DNA from: Marsupella aquatica
Taxonomy: Eukaryota > Plantae > Marchantiophyta
Assembly: GCA_973895155.1 (NCBI GenBank)
Contig: OZ316893.1
Span: 25,347,520 to 25,411,519 of the forward strand
DNA length: 64,000 bases
Direction of reading: 5' to 3'
The notes under the pieces were generated by a model that saw only the letters and a program-made list of their open reading frames with translations, was not told the origin of the DNA and searched no databases. The translations under genes and the position numbers were made by a program. Shown here piece after piece: positions 15,501 to 28,804 of this stretch (the stretch's first letter is position 1; each line of letters opens with the position of its first letter).

Positions 15501-16099
15501 TGCCGCAGCCCATCTGATCATCAAGTCAAACATTGTGGTTTATGGCATCTCCTGTTTCTAAGTGTCCTCCTGGTAATTGAACAAAATATGGTCTAATACA
15601 TCACTCCATACCATGATAAACCTAATGATTCTGTTCAAATCACTCAGTGTGATTAGTAATACATTGTACATTGTCATATTTTGATGTGCAATTACAAGGA
15701 TGCCAAAACGCCCTACTCCCCTCCCCCCACTTCCCTGACCACAAAAGGCTCCAAACCCCAAGTTAAGTAACCAACATATATAATTGTCTTGAGTATGGTT
15801 GAGTCCAAGCATGTCTCACCTCCTCTATTGTCACCTTTGTGTCTTTCTTTACACTGAATGTTTGTATTACTCTGGTGTGATCGGCTGTTGGTTTCCTGAC
15901 TTGTTTTGAGTGATCTACAAAGTACCTGATTGGTCCCACATTGTCCGAAGTAAGACTGCTTGACATTTCTCTCCCCACTGTTTCATTTGTTATTATGGTC
16001 TCTTGAATTTTTATGGTGTGACTCTGGGTATCCGTCACTGCAACCAATGGACTTCTAACTCCTTGCATTAGGTGCAGTGAATTCTACTTGCCCATTTTT

Positions 16100-16547
16100 T
16101 GGGGTAGTGAGGATCATCAGTTATCACTGGCTGTTACCTGATATCAGTTATCAATTTTGTCGCCTTGAAAATTTTGAATCTCGGCTGAGCAGCTGAGATG
16201 GGGCCTTCACACTTACGCGCATCTCAACTGACCTCGCCAAGATTGGCGTACGGACAAAAAAATGGAAACAAAATTAAAAACTATTTTTTTGAAAAATTCT
16301 CCAAAAAACTTCCGGCAAAATTCCATGTCCGTACCATATGGACACCTGGCCATCTCGGCTGGTCTCGCCGAGATGTGGTATCTGTATGGTACGGACACCC
16401 ATAGTGAAAAAAATTCCAAAAAAAGTTCTTTTTCTCCATCAAATTTTGCATTTGTTTTGGCACCGCAACTTGGCGGTCTCTCTGAGATGACGTGCTGACT
16501 GATATCAGCTCAACTGATGGAGATGACTGATAACTGATGATATAACC
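16100..16547. mobile_element. MITE-like foldback element
   Basis: Inverted ATCATCAGTTATCA / TGATAACTGATGAT near the ends. Internal inverted blocks such as gtccgtaccata/tatggtacggac and catctcggc/gccgagatg. Flanked by direct repeat CTACTTGCCCATTTTT (16084-16099, 16548-16563). Confidence 0.65.
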
Positions 16548-16671
16548 CTACTTGCCCATTTTTCAATACAATGTTTTTAATCAGGATCCAAAGATATCTT
16601 TATTTGTTTGCTAGGGATGGGGAGTGAGGCAAGGAACAAGACACATATTTGTAGGGGTTGGAGTGTCCGTA

Positions 16672-16937
16672 CTTCACTTTCCAAGACCTCAGGGGCCATA
16701 AAAGGATTCCAATAATGCTCTCAGCCCCATGACACTAAATTTGAGTGTGAAATGAACTCCAATTTGCTTTGGTGAAAAAACTTCATTAGAACACGACTTA
16801 GAAGATGTTGGGGGCACTTATGAGGTTTTTCCACCAAAGCAAATTGGAGTGCCATTTCACACACTAAATATAGTGTCCGGGGGCTGGAATCATGTTTTGG
16901 TTCCTTCTATGGCACCCAAGGTCTTGTAAAGTGAATT
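16672..16937. mobile_element. Palindromic MITE / long hairpin
   Basis: Arms of roughly 110 bp: ttcactttccaagacc...actccaatttgctttggtg versus caccaaagcaaattggagt...ggtcttgtaaagtgaa. Confidence 0.7.
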
Positions 16938-17137
16938 ACAGTCAGTGGTGTCAGGTTAATGTTTTAAAAGACAGATTGGGGACCCATTTAACCTGAATGT
17001 CAGGGTATTCTTTGGCCAAAGTCCTTGTAGATTTGACAAGAGGAAATCTTATGAAGGACCTGTGGGTCACCTTTTAATGCAAATGAATTTCAAAATAGGA
17101 ATGTACCAAAGGGCAAGAAGAAGAGACCTCCATTAGA

Positions 17138-17290
17138 GGTAGTTCAAAATCTGGTCAGTTGACCAGGGGATTAGCCTTGCTAGAACCGGAGGTCCCAGGT
17201 TCAATCCCCCCTCCACACGCAAGGGGTGGAGGGTATGTGTGTATGTGTGGGGTGGGGTGGGGTGGGGTGGGATGTAGTGGTGGGAGTCCT
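17138..17290 (+). mobile_element. Possible tRNA-derived SINE head followed by (GGGGT)n
   Basis: B-box-like GGTTCAATCCC at 17198-17208 with an upstream A-box-like segment. No intact cloverleaf. Confidence 0.35.
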
Positions 17291-18539
17291 GGTGTCTCCT
17301 GAGCCCCTGGCTGGTCCACTTTGGAGTCCTGGCTCAACTCTCTCTCCCTCCTGGTATGGGTCGCTGGTGGAGATCTGGGTATCTCCTGGCAGCATGTGAC
17401 ACATAAAGGAGTACAATTCCCCTCCAAAGAATTTACTTCATATTTTCCACATGCTTTTCAATCAACACCATAGTCTGATTGTCACACTAACTCACCTTTT
17501 CTTACAGAGCCCCATTGAGACTTGCCGAATCTTCTCCAGAGGTCATTGTGAATTAATGAGATATGCTTGATGGACCCCTTCCAGTAAATGGACCCCTTCC
17601 AGTAAAAGTTTACCTGATGGACCCACACAACTTTTTTCAAATCTAAGTGAGACATACAATGTGTTCTTATAGGGGTTCTTCTAAAGTGAGATATTGGATA
17701 CTAGGACCAAACCGGGTTAACCATGACTACAGACTTTTGAACCATGAACTCTCTACTCCGTTGAACCATGCATGATTATAGGGTTTTTTTACCACAAACT
17801 GTGCGCGGCCAAACCGCATGCGTTGAATGGCGCTCGTCGTCGACATTGTTGTTGGTACAGGCCACTCAGTGCCATGCCGTCCAAACCAAAAGTGAAAGAC
17901 ACTGATGTGAATGCCTTCCAATTTGTAAACCTCATCTATAATCCACCATTTTACCCCTGCCCAACAAGCAAATGTGAGCAAAACGCCCAAGAGCCAAAGA
18001 AAAATGCAAAGTATCAATTGGAGTCAATCTCCATGTTAATTTTCAAAAAATACAAGTTTTGGTCATTGACCCCTGCTCTAACGGTACAAGTGAGCCAAAC
18101 ACCAACGAGCAATTAAATTGAACTTATTGTGCCGCTGAAGACTGTCCACATTTTCTTCCAAATTGACCAGCCTTGGCCATTTACCACCACAATGAACTGC
18201 CCAACTACATGGTAAGTCAGGGCAAAAAAACAGTGCAATTTATTTTTTAGGCGAACTCACCATATACGGATCATTAAGAAGGTGTCCAAGTTGCAAAAAT
18301 AGTTTCCTGACTTTCCATCAAGTATAAGTTTAGTGGCAGGCCTGGGGTCCATCAAGGATATACCTGTTTTGAGTTGCCTAGTTCTCCTTACCATTGAGAG
18401 CCTATGGTCTAGATTGAAACCTCTAGACCTTGACTATGGGGGTGGAACTGGAGTTGGGGGTGCAGTTGGAAAAGAGGGGCAGAGAGATCCTCTGATATTA
18501 AATGGTGCAAGGTGTGAGCAATCACTGGAAACCAATTGA

Positions 18540-19135
18540 GAGTGAATGGGTGAACCAACAATGGGCTTGAATGTTGTCACCTCTATTTATGTTGAAAGAA
18601 CTGGCAGTGAGGGTAGTTCCTTGAAAGGACAGGAGTTGGTGATTGGGGGATGGGCTTAATGTACTCACAGATATCACATTCAAACAATGAAAGAAAGGGT
18701 AGCAAACCTAATTCCTTATAAAAACATGAATTGGTCAATGGGCAATGGACTTGAATGTACTCACCTCTCTTTACATTATTTCAAAGAATGTCAAAGTAGT
18801 TCCTTAAAAATTTGGAATCAGTGAATGGGCAACGGTGGCTTGAATGTCCTCACCTCTGTTTGCCTTCAAATAATGGGCATTGAGGATAGGTCCTTAAAAA
18901 AGTATGAATCAGAGAGTAGGCTTAATATTTTGCACCTATATTTACATTCAAAGAACATGTAGTCAGGCTAAAATAATTAAATGTGAATCAGTGAAAGGGC
19001 AAAGGGGCCTGAATGTCCTACTTACTTTCAAACAGGTAGTCAAGTTAGTTCCTTAAATAAAGTGCTTGATGGACGCAGACAGGCTTGAATGCAATTACCT
19101 CCATTTATGTCAAAGAGGCAAGTCAAGCTCGTTTC
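18540..19135. repeat. Degenerate ~85-bp minisatellite, about 7 units
   Basis: Repeated gtgaatgggc..ggcttgaatgt.ctcacctct..ttcaaaga..tagttcctt. Confidence 0.7.
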
Positions 19136-20959
19136 TGGAAAAATGAACACTGTTCTTTTTGATAGGTATTACTCATACTTTTTCTGGCTCAAGAATTAGT
19201 GTTATTTCGGTCTCATGAGGAGAATAATTTGAAACAAAATCTTTGAAAAAATTCACAAGAATTAGTGTTATTTTAGACTCATGATCAGCCATTTTTACTA
19301 GTAGGGAGTGGAAACACCTACTTGAAAAAACCGGCAAATATTAGTGTCAATTTGAATAAAGATCACTTTCACCAAAATGAATGTGAAAACGCTAAGTTTT
19401 ACATGCACTAATTAAGCTGAAGAATATTTTGACATCCAAATAATGGGAGTTAGGCGAGTTCCTTTTTCAAATTCTTCTACTTACTTACAAAAAACGGGCA
19501 AAAAAGCTACTCTAGTGCCTGAAACGGGTAAACGGACTAATGTAGTTTTCTTTAGTGACAAAAGTTTGCCAAATTTCATCTCCCCAGAAATCTTTTGCCA
19601 CTTTTGGCAAAAACCTGCTACTATTTCTATTTTCTCTGTCTCATTAGCCGGTTCCACATAATCACAGACCTCATTAGCCAGAATGTAATGGTCCGCCTTA
19701 AATCCAGGCAGATCCGACGGTCATGAATCAATTGAATAGTGAATCTTTTGAGCATATTCTCCTTCACACACCATCCATTCTCCATTCTAGTGAAAAAGAA
19801 AATCCTTAAAAAATACGCTGTTAAACACTTAACAGGCTAATGTAGTTTTCTTTTGGAAAACACCTGCTGCTTTTCAAAGTCCTGCCAACCGGTTCCCTCG
19901 GGCATCGGACTGTTTGTTCCTTGGACCGGGTCAAGAGCTGCCCCATTACCCCAAGATGCACGCACTTTCGACGGCCCCGCGATCACCGGCCCGTCTTTCG
20001 AAAAGAAATGTTTTCGTTCGAGGCTGAGAATGGAGCCTTTTTTAGTCGTTTCTTTCTTTTGTTCCGATGTTGGCGTTGGGTTAAAGCGCTAAATAATTCC
20101 GACTGCCCGGTTGGCGCTATCCTCAGATGGGCATGACTTGATTTATAGCCCCGGATGAATTGAATGACGCTTTGTCTTATTAGGAGAGGCCGCATTTTAT
20201 TTGGTGTGCTGTTATTAAGGCTCCCGTACTTTGTTTTAGTACTGTCCGTCATCTGTGCCGCACACTCGAGTCAACATAGCTTTGACTGGGGCCCCAGACA
20301 AAATAACCATGCTATGCTCTAAGGTTTAGGGTCACCTTATGAGGAGGAGAAGATGCTACGAATGTATATAATTATCTTTTCTAGACTAAACTTGAACCCT
20401 TATATCTCCCTGTTTTCGATTGTTAAGACGGGGTGGGAAACTGGCTAGTGGGGGTTGTGGCGGGGTGTCTAATGTAGTTAAATATAGCCAATTTTAGCGC
20501 AAAGTGGCTAATGCTTTTTAGAGAGGTCAGAGGTGCAATCTAGCAAATTTTCACACAAAAAAAATTACTGTTTATAGCTCTCTAGTGCCATTTTACCGCA
20601 CATTTTCTTTAAGCCTGTTTCTAGCTGGGTATGGCATTACAATGTTCACCTCAACCTGTGTTACTGACAATGTTCCTCCTTAGTTACTATCTGAGGTGAA
20701 TATTGAAAAGCCCTCCTAATTACTCACCCTGAAATTTTATTTACCTTAGAGAAACTAATTTAGAAGTGTAGATTTCTATATACTGACCAGTTTACTCCAC
20801 AATTGTTGCCTAATGGAAAGGAGGTGGATGCCCCAGGTTTGGCAGAACATCCTTACCCCTAGTATGATCGAATATTACTGTTAGTAAACCTAATTTCCCA
20901 CTCACAGTACTTGGATGTGAAGACTAATAGAGGTCCTTTGTGTGGGGCTCTCAGGCACT

Positions 20960-21216
20960 TTGATTTGTGGTCGTCATGGTGATTTCCCCTTGGTTTCCCC
21001 GTTTATTGGGTCTTCTGCCTTTTGGAACTTGTCTCCTCGTTAGGTATTTTAGTCTGTTACATTATCTTACATCTTATGGCTGCCACTGGCTGCCTCCTCT
21101 TCCCATCTCCACCAGCGTATCTTCTTTTTGCTCCCTTCTTTTGCATTTGGTTTTGCCCACTTGGGACCTCTTTTGTTTATTCTTTTGTACTCTGTTTGGC
21201 CCTTTTCTATAAAAAG
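20960..21216 (+). repeat. Dispersed copy of the CRE-like 3'UTR
   Basis: cttcttttgcatttggttttgcccacttgggacctcttttgtttattcttttgtactc closely matches the reverse complement of 23100-23160, followed by an A-rich end. Confidence 0.65.
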
Positions 21217-23059
21217 TCTGTGTATGTTTCTAAGGGTTAGTTTTCTTATGTGTCTTTAGGGATGTAAATATGTTAGAATAATTTTTTACCCTTAAGATCT
21301 TCCTAGATTTTCTGGAAACATATGCCGGCTTTTTAGGCACGACAACCTGGAAAACTTTGTTTGATGGAAATCCTGAAAACACATGTGTTCGCTATGCGTG
21401 TCAGCTAAATACCAAAAAACCTAGATTGCTTTTCACTAAGAGAGCTCTGTAGTATAGGTTAGAGCATTTTAGAGGCAATGATAAGGACTGTGAGTGCTGG
21501 CCTATGAGGACCCCCTGGCCTGACTAGTGCCATTCATTGGGTGTGTCTCTACCTTTGTTGGTCGTGTTGTTTAGGCTTTTGTCCCCTTGGGTGTTATTGA
21601 CAGCCCTGCACCCCTCCCCGCATCCACCCCCCTAAAAAAACATTAAAAAATAAATAAAGTAGATTGAAAGTATTTGGCTGGGACCTGCCAAAGTCTATAA
21701 CCAGTTTAAAGTAACTCTCTACAATCTAACAAGGTTACAAGCTAAGGTATGCATTAATCAATGAGATAGGTGTCGGGGCCTCAGAGAGGATTCATTGAGT
21801 GCAGATGTTGGATGAGTGAGCTTGGTAGAAGGTAGACTACGAGTCTCTACCAAAAAAGTTACTGTAGATTTGGATGACATTTCCTGTTGCAATGTTAAAG
21901 GAATTTGGAACAAGTGTAAACTCTCCTATCATATGGACAAAGACTTTGTCTCAAACTTTAATGCTTTCAATGGGAGGTATGTAACATTGCATGAATCATT
22001 CCGATTCTCTAGAGTAAATGCTATCATGTGTATTGCAAAGAACTTTTGGGTTTTCAGTGTTGACCATTACCAAAAACATTGAACCCACAGTACTTGAGTG
22101 CCTCCCCTGCCTTTACTCAATCTATGCTCAAAATAATTGACATTTAATTACTTCTATGCTATCGAGAATTTTTGAAGATGAACAATTGAATCCACCAAAA
22201 CTTTCATTCGACATTGATCTGCGATTGAACAAACTTGAGTGTATAAATTCTCCAAACATAATCAGTGTAGTTTGATCATTAAATCTTAAGAGCTGATGGA
22301 TGGATGATGGAAAGAAGGTTGGTGCCCCAGATTCCACATGTAGGAAACAGTGTAGAAAGGCCCCATTCCTCTTTTATTGTTAGTGACACCAATTTTCCAG
22401 TTACTCATTAGATGCTAACACTAATAGCCATTAGGGGTGTTAGCATTACAATTTGGAGTCATAAGTTCAAATGATCTCCACCAAATCCTTCAGCTTGGAT
22501 GGCATATCAAAATGCTTGGGTATATGCTTGATGGGACCCTTGCCAAAACAAATTTACATGATAGGCCCTCACAAAAAAATTGTTACAAACTAAGCCCCCC
22601 TAACACTTTTGTTTCAGATGTTCTTGTAACAGTTCCTATAAGGAGTTTTAGCTTGATATTATCACCAATAAGAGCTATCTTAAAGTGAGTCAAACCGTAC
22701 TAAATAACTACAGTGGGGGGAACCACGAAGTAGCGGTGGCCATTGTACGAGCTACGAGTTTCTAAGTGAAGACAATATGGTTCATGTGTTGAACTTTAAA
22801 TTTCTACCATACTGTCTGTCTCAGGTTCTTCATGCAACCTTTGCACAGGGTTTGCATGATGTTTGATATTTGTACTTGTGCTTTGTCTAAGTATGGAATG
22901 AATTCTCTACTTTGGCCGTTGGCCCCTACCGCAACATTCAAAATTGTCCAAATGTAGAACAAAGACAACACAGATGTTGTTTTTCACATCTAGACTCCAA
23001 ATTTGTCTAAGTATGGAAGAAACCAAGGATCTTTTATTTTTGGTTGTTTGTCTTTGTTT

Positions 23060-24450
23060 TTTTTTTTGAGTACAAAAGAATAAACAAGAGAGGTCCAAAT
23101 AGAGTACAAAAGAATAAACAAGAGAGGTCTCAAGTGGACAAAACCAAACGCAAAAGAAGTGAACAAAAGGAAACCCTAAAAACCAAGAAAGAGGAACTAA
23201 AAGAAGTGAGCAAAAGGAAACCCCTAAAAACCAAGAAAGAGTAACTAAAACTACCGCAAATGGACCGAGGTCCTCATCATACCTAGCAAATGTGGCTACA
23301 AGCTAGTGGTCTACATCAAGTGTCGAAACTAGATCGGCAAGTGGGACAGGAATGTCCTCTAGGGGGGCTAGCCGCTGCGGAGTCACACTAGCACCCACTG
23401 TTAGAGATCGACGATAGACGGCCCGAGCTTGAGCACGCTGTAAGGTGACTGAAATGCGTTGGCGAAAGTGCGTGGTCAAAACAGATAGCGGGGGCCCGGT
23501 GGGACCCATCCGGCCGTGAACATCCCGAGCAGCTTGGCGAAGAAGCCCGTCGAACTGATGATGGAGACGCCCAAATATCTCAAGAGCAAGGGGCAGGAAG
23601 CTATCAGATGAAGCTCGTGCAGCATATTTGGCCTCCTTCGTTTGTGCTGCTCGTGATGCTGCTGCCCCTGCCGTTGTTGCCGCTGTCCCAATGATGTCTT
23701 GGCGCAATGGGTTTGCCACCACTACATCTGCCAAAGTACGGTGACCGTCACGGACCATGGTAAGATCCACCCGTAACCGCTGTGATGGAGGACCAGGTAA
23801 CTCGAGCACCACCTCCCGCCGCGCGCAGACCAACGAGCCAGAGAGAACCTGAGCAGTCGCATCTCTCACAGCGTCGTGAACAAAAATGGTTTCGCCGCCC
23901 AAACTGCATCGAAGAAGATGGACACCTGTGGCATCACAAGGCTTCCCACAAGTGCAAGTAGGAGGTAAACCAGCAAGAAGTGGGTGGGGCAAGCCCATAC
24001 AAAGACGCATGGCTGTCGCAAACTCCGCTGAAGACATCCGCAGGTGAGGAATGACTGGATTGGCCTGAAGCCAGCCTCCTGCGCCCTTCCCTCCGGAAGA
24101 AAGAATCCGAGCTCGGTCCGTGTCAGGTGCCTCGGTGAGGATGCTGGAGAGGGTGAAAGCGTGCATACGCCCAGCAAGGTCTGCCTGAAGACGGACGGGG
24201 TCCAAGGATAAAAACTCCTGGAATGAAGGTAACGCAGCTCGAACAGGATCGGGTAATGATGACCGAGCCGTGCGCAAATGATCTGAAATGGGAGGGAACC
24301 CTCCTCGACCTCCATGAGAGATGAAAGTAAAAAAGGTCGATCCTCAGTAAGGAAACGATCTGCCAACAATGAGAAAGCGGCCGCCCACGCGCCCAAGAAG
24401 GCCAAAGGTGCAAGGCGCTCAGTGGAAGTAAGCCCAAAACCACCGTGAGG
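23060..24450 (-). mobile_element. 5'-truncated CRE/R2-like non-LTR retrotransposon (restriction-like endonuclease type)
   Basis: Poly(A) tail (T-run 23057-23067) and a pyrimidine-rich 3'UTR. Candidate TSD CTTTGTTT at 23052-23059 and 24451-24458. Coding sequence starts abruptly at HGGFGL. Confidence 0.85.
23303..24450 (-). pseudogene. C-terminal ORF fragment of the CRE-like LINE: RT thumb end, CCHC knuckle, REL endonuclease
   Basis: HGGFGL..LAFLGAW, then a frameshift near 24280, then GAGGWL..P, CTCG....GVHLLRC, HDAVRD, RVDL..LADV, KEAKY, FLPLALEIFGRL, ISVTLQRAQA. Confidence 0.88.
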
Positions 24451-27400
24451 CTTTGTTTCAACTTTTAAAATGTGTCTAAGTGTGAAACAAAAACAACACA
24501 AAGTCAATCCTAATGGGCGTATTTCACTAGCCTGCAAGAATTAGACTAGGTGTTATGCAAACCCGCTATCATGTAGCAATGGATCCATTAGGTAAAGCTC
24601 TATAATCATGCAAAGGCATAATCCATTATGTTTCTAAGCATAGATGCACACGGGGTGGACCATGATGCGGTGCAGGGTGATGTGTGGTGGGAAATGTATG
24701 ATTGACCATGTAGTAGACACCACATATAAGATCCATATGTACGGAATCTGTTAGGGGGCCTAGTTTATAATTTTTTTTTGTGAGGGCCTAGTTTATAAGA
24801 ACATTTTTGTGAGGGGGTCTAATTTGTAACAAAAGTTTTGTAAGGTCCATCTTGTCATAACAAAAGTTTTGACAAGAGTCCCATCAAGCCTATACTTCCA
24901 AAATGCTCTTTGAATGAAAATTAGAGAATCTACTTAAGTCTAGTAGACTATGTTATCACATTTTGATGTGCAATGAAGCTTACAATATACTGTACAATCA
25001 TTACCATGATAATCATGATTAGGTGTCAACTGGTTCTTTGAGAACGCGAATACTACAGTGCATGTAGGACTGCATGCCAAAGTTTGCCGACAAGGTTGAT
25101 ATTATTTTGACCAGGAGCCTATGATCTACTGTACAATCATTACCATAATAATGATAATCATGATTATTGAAGATAGCAATTGACACACGATGTGTAAACT
25201 GCTTCGTTGAGAAAGCCAATACCATAGTGCTTAATACGATATACCGACTGGGTTGATATTTGACTGGTATAAATGTGTAGAGTCGAATCTTTTAAAAACT
25301 TCGTTGCACTAGACTTTTAATTTCAGATCTGGTGTAGTAGCGGAAGAAAACATACACTGTACATGACTGTTTTAGGGGCCCACCACGTTCTTACTGCTAG
25401 AGGCCTCTGAACTATAGTAGGTTGAAAAGTTCACTGCAGTAGACTTTATTTGCAATTCTGGTGTAAACCCTGGGCAAGTGGAAAAGCGGAAGAAAACATC
25501 CACTGTTCATGAATGTGTCAAAGGACCCACCATGGTCTTATTGCAAACTACAGTATATATAGCACTGCAAAGGAACAAAAGGAGGCAAACGGAGAGACAG
25601 GATCCCAATGGCCAGACAACCGAATAAAGGGGGGAAAACAACGAAGAACCCTAGGAAGACTGTTATGCCAAACAAGCCCAAGAATCTAAACAAAACCCGA
25701 CAGAGCTCCAGACTAAGACCCAACTGAAACCCTGTAGGGCAGCATAGGTGAAGCTTGGTAAAGCTCAGGAGTGAACTACATAGGAGGGTCACCAAAAAAA
25801 TTCTATTTGGGGACCCTGAAAGTAAACCTCACCCTATGCAGAACAGTCAATGTGTGAGCCCTCTTTAGAGTGACACACACCCATTGTTGAAAGAAGGCAA
25901 TGGGAACGGAAATCGAGTGATAAGAACTCCCTTTCAATGCAAAAAGCAACATAAGACCCAAAGAATTAAACGAAGATAGGGAGGAAATTAAAGCAACTGA
26001 TGTAAAATTTTCGATAAACCTTCTCTATAGCACTTTATTTTCCAGTTGGAGTGTAAACAATTTGCAACGTGTAAAAGCAGAAGAAAACATACACTGTACA
26101 TGACTGTGTTAGGGACCCACCACGGTTACTTCTAGAGAACTGCGAACTACAGTAGGTGTAAATGATTAAAGCGGATCTGCTGCGCAGTTGATTGATGTGG
26201 TGGACAGTCCGGGCACCAAGGTCGCAAAAGCGAATTTTCCAAACGAAAAACAACAAGCCGCATTTTTGCACCAGCCTGCCCCCCGCCCCCGGCCCGGGAT
26301 CAAATTTTTCCACAGACAAAGAAGATAGACCGCCGGTTATTAGTTCAGCGATTCAGCCCGTCAGCCCAAGCGGAAGCCTTATGTGGGTATCAACAGTAGT
26401 AGAGACAAGTTATGGTCTGTACAGGTATCGTGTACGGTACGACCGTGAAAAAATTTTCTCATCGAGTATCTCCCTGAAAAGCTGGGGCTGGGCAGACGGG
26501 CAGAACGCTACGGGCTGCCTACTAGTGGACCGTCGCCGAGAAGGGCAGGGATGGGAGACGAAATGCAGAGCGGGCGGGCAGGGCAAGTTGCGGGGAAAGA
26601 AAGAAGGACCAGAACCATCATTCTAATTGAGGGACAAGAGTCTGTCACCTCAGCTCAGCTCACTTCAGCCCGGCCCGTCTCGTCTCTCGGATCTGGTCTG
26701 CCCGTCAGCTGGGGCTCTAGAATGATGTCGCACTTATTATTGGGGCATCATTCAAAGGGCAGGGCACAGAATCATTCTTTCGCGCAAAGGGCAGGGGCAC
26801 AGAATCATTCTTTCTCGGCAAAGGGCAGATGAGCAGAATAGCAGATAGAATGATAGAGGGAGGTTGATGATGAGTCATGACTGTCTCCTGGGCAGTAGAT
26901 GGAAATAGTTTATTCGGGAGAAGGAGAGGGCAGGATCATGCGAAAGGACATCCCTCTCTTTAATTCTGCAGAGAGCTCTCGCTCTCCTCGTGTTTACAAT
27001 TGGGGGAAAGGAGGTGTCATTATTCACGAGGGGGGTTGCTCTAGTAGTACTGCCCTGCACAGCACTGCCCTGCCCCTGCGCTGCCCTGCCATGGGGGTTT
27101 GATGTTTCTATCTAATCTTCCTTTTCCCGTTTTTTTTAAGGAATTGAATGTGCATGTCTTTGGTGCCCAACCCACTGTTGCCCGCCGTACTGACAATCAA
27201 GGGTTTTTTTTTCTTGCTTTTTTTTCCTTGAAAGGTTCCCACTTCTGACATTCACGGTCAGCAGGCCTTTGGAGCTAATGAATGAATTTTTTCATAGTCC
27301 TGACACTTCAATCTGTCATCAATCTCGAAAACCAACAGCCCAGATCGAGAGCTCTTTCCAAAACCCTATTCTAAACTATTCTTTTTCGTCGACAACGACA

Positions 27401-28144
27401 ATCAATAATTGCATAAGAAGACCGCTACTGTACATTATTTTTATGTTCGTGTAAATGTTGTCAGTACGTTATCTACTGGAAGGGTCCATTTTCGATGCTT
27501 TGCATTTGAAAAATAGGAAAGACTGGAAGCCTTTATAATTATGCTTCTTTTGTCCGTAAGATAGTACATTAGATCAGTTCACCGGACCGTCACTTATTTT
27601 CCAATTATTTCAGTGTAAAACATTGACATTTATGTGGAATCAGTATTAAATACGAATGTAACCAATGAAATGATAACAAGATTACAAGTATCTTCAATGT
27701 AAGCTCTGTTCACATTCTTCATTCAGCTGGAGCTTTTATGAAACCAATAAAAGAAGGGCTAGACTCTTTCTTGGGGTGGAAGGGAAGATCTGGGATATGA
27801 TATAATAATGCCCGTTGCCCGTACTTTTCCCTTTTTCTGACCGGGGAATCATCCAAGTAAAATACAATTTCGTAACAGTCTGAAATGGGAAATGGTAACA
27901 TCACTTTGTCAGCTCCAACTTTCGATATTTTGGTTTAAAGTAAAGTGACATTTCCTACAAGACTGGCTTGTCTCCTGACCATGTGTTTTGTTGTAGGGTT
28001 CCTACACTGTTGCCAGAGAATTAGACCAGTGTTATTTTTGTTATTTAAAGAGTTTCCCCCATCCTCGAAATCCTATCCAGGCGGTGCCCTACAATCATGG
28101 AGACGTGCATCTGTTGTCATAGTTAGTGGCTCATTTGTTGTTTC

Positions 28145-28474
28145 CTGGGCTAATTAATTAGGAGACCTTGGCACTTACTACCTTCCATTCCCAACTTGAT
28201 AGGCCTAATTAGTTAGGAGCCATCTGAACTTACTACCTTCCATTTTGACTTGCTAGGCTAAATAGTGAGGACCCCTTGGAGCCTGCTACCTTCCATTTCC
28301 AACTTTTTTTCTGATTTGTTAGAGCTAATTAGTAGGAACCCTCTTACTTCCATTTTTTTACTTGCTAGGGCTAATAGTCAGGAGCCCTTGGACCTCACTA
28401 CATTCAATTTTTGAGTTCCTAGGCAAAATAGCGAGGAGCCCTCAAAACTTACTACCATTGATATCCAACTTGTT
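28145..28474. repeat. Degenerate ~60-bp tandem repeat array, left part
   Basis: Recurrent ctaattagtaggagccct...acttactaccttccattt...acttgcta units. Confidence 0.85.
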
Positions 28475-28804
28475 TGTGACACGGGTAACGTGTCACTTAA
28501 CCAAACGCAGGTCCTAGATTAGGACTTATACGGTCATTAGGACCATAACCGTAACGTAGAATAGCACGAGTAGCCGTCTTTGCCATTATGAATAGATTAG
28601 GAGTAGGTTAGTTGACTGAATGATTACGAATTAAAGAAGGGGATTATTACGATCGACCGAGGTACGGTGGCGGCGGCGGAGTAAAAATCCGTTAGGAGAT
28701 CACGCTTGGACCGAGACGCCAACTTCAGCTCATTATCAATGACCAAAACGGCCTTGCCCTCTCACGCTCGAGCTCACCATGGCACCTCCATAAGAGCCGA
28801 GTCG

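Larger units (their letters stand above)
22517..24898. mobile_element. Non-autonomous Mutator-like (MULE) element hosting the CRE insertion
   Basis: Inverted ends TGGGTATATGCTTGATGGGAC / (rc) GAAGTATAGGCTTGATGGGAC, with further inverted similarity inward. 9-bp TSD CAAAATGCT (22508-22516, 24899-24907). Confidence 0.75.

Noticed and set aside
17138-17215. Functional tRNA gene
   Set aside because: Only a T-loop/B-box-like motif is present. Acceptor and anticodon stems could not be formed.
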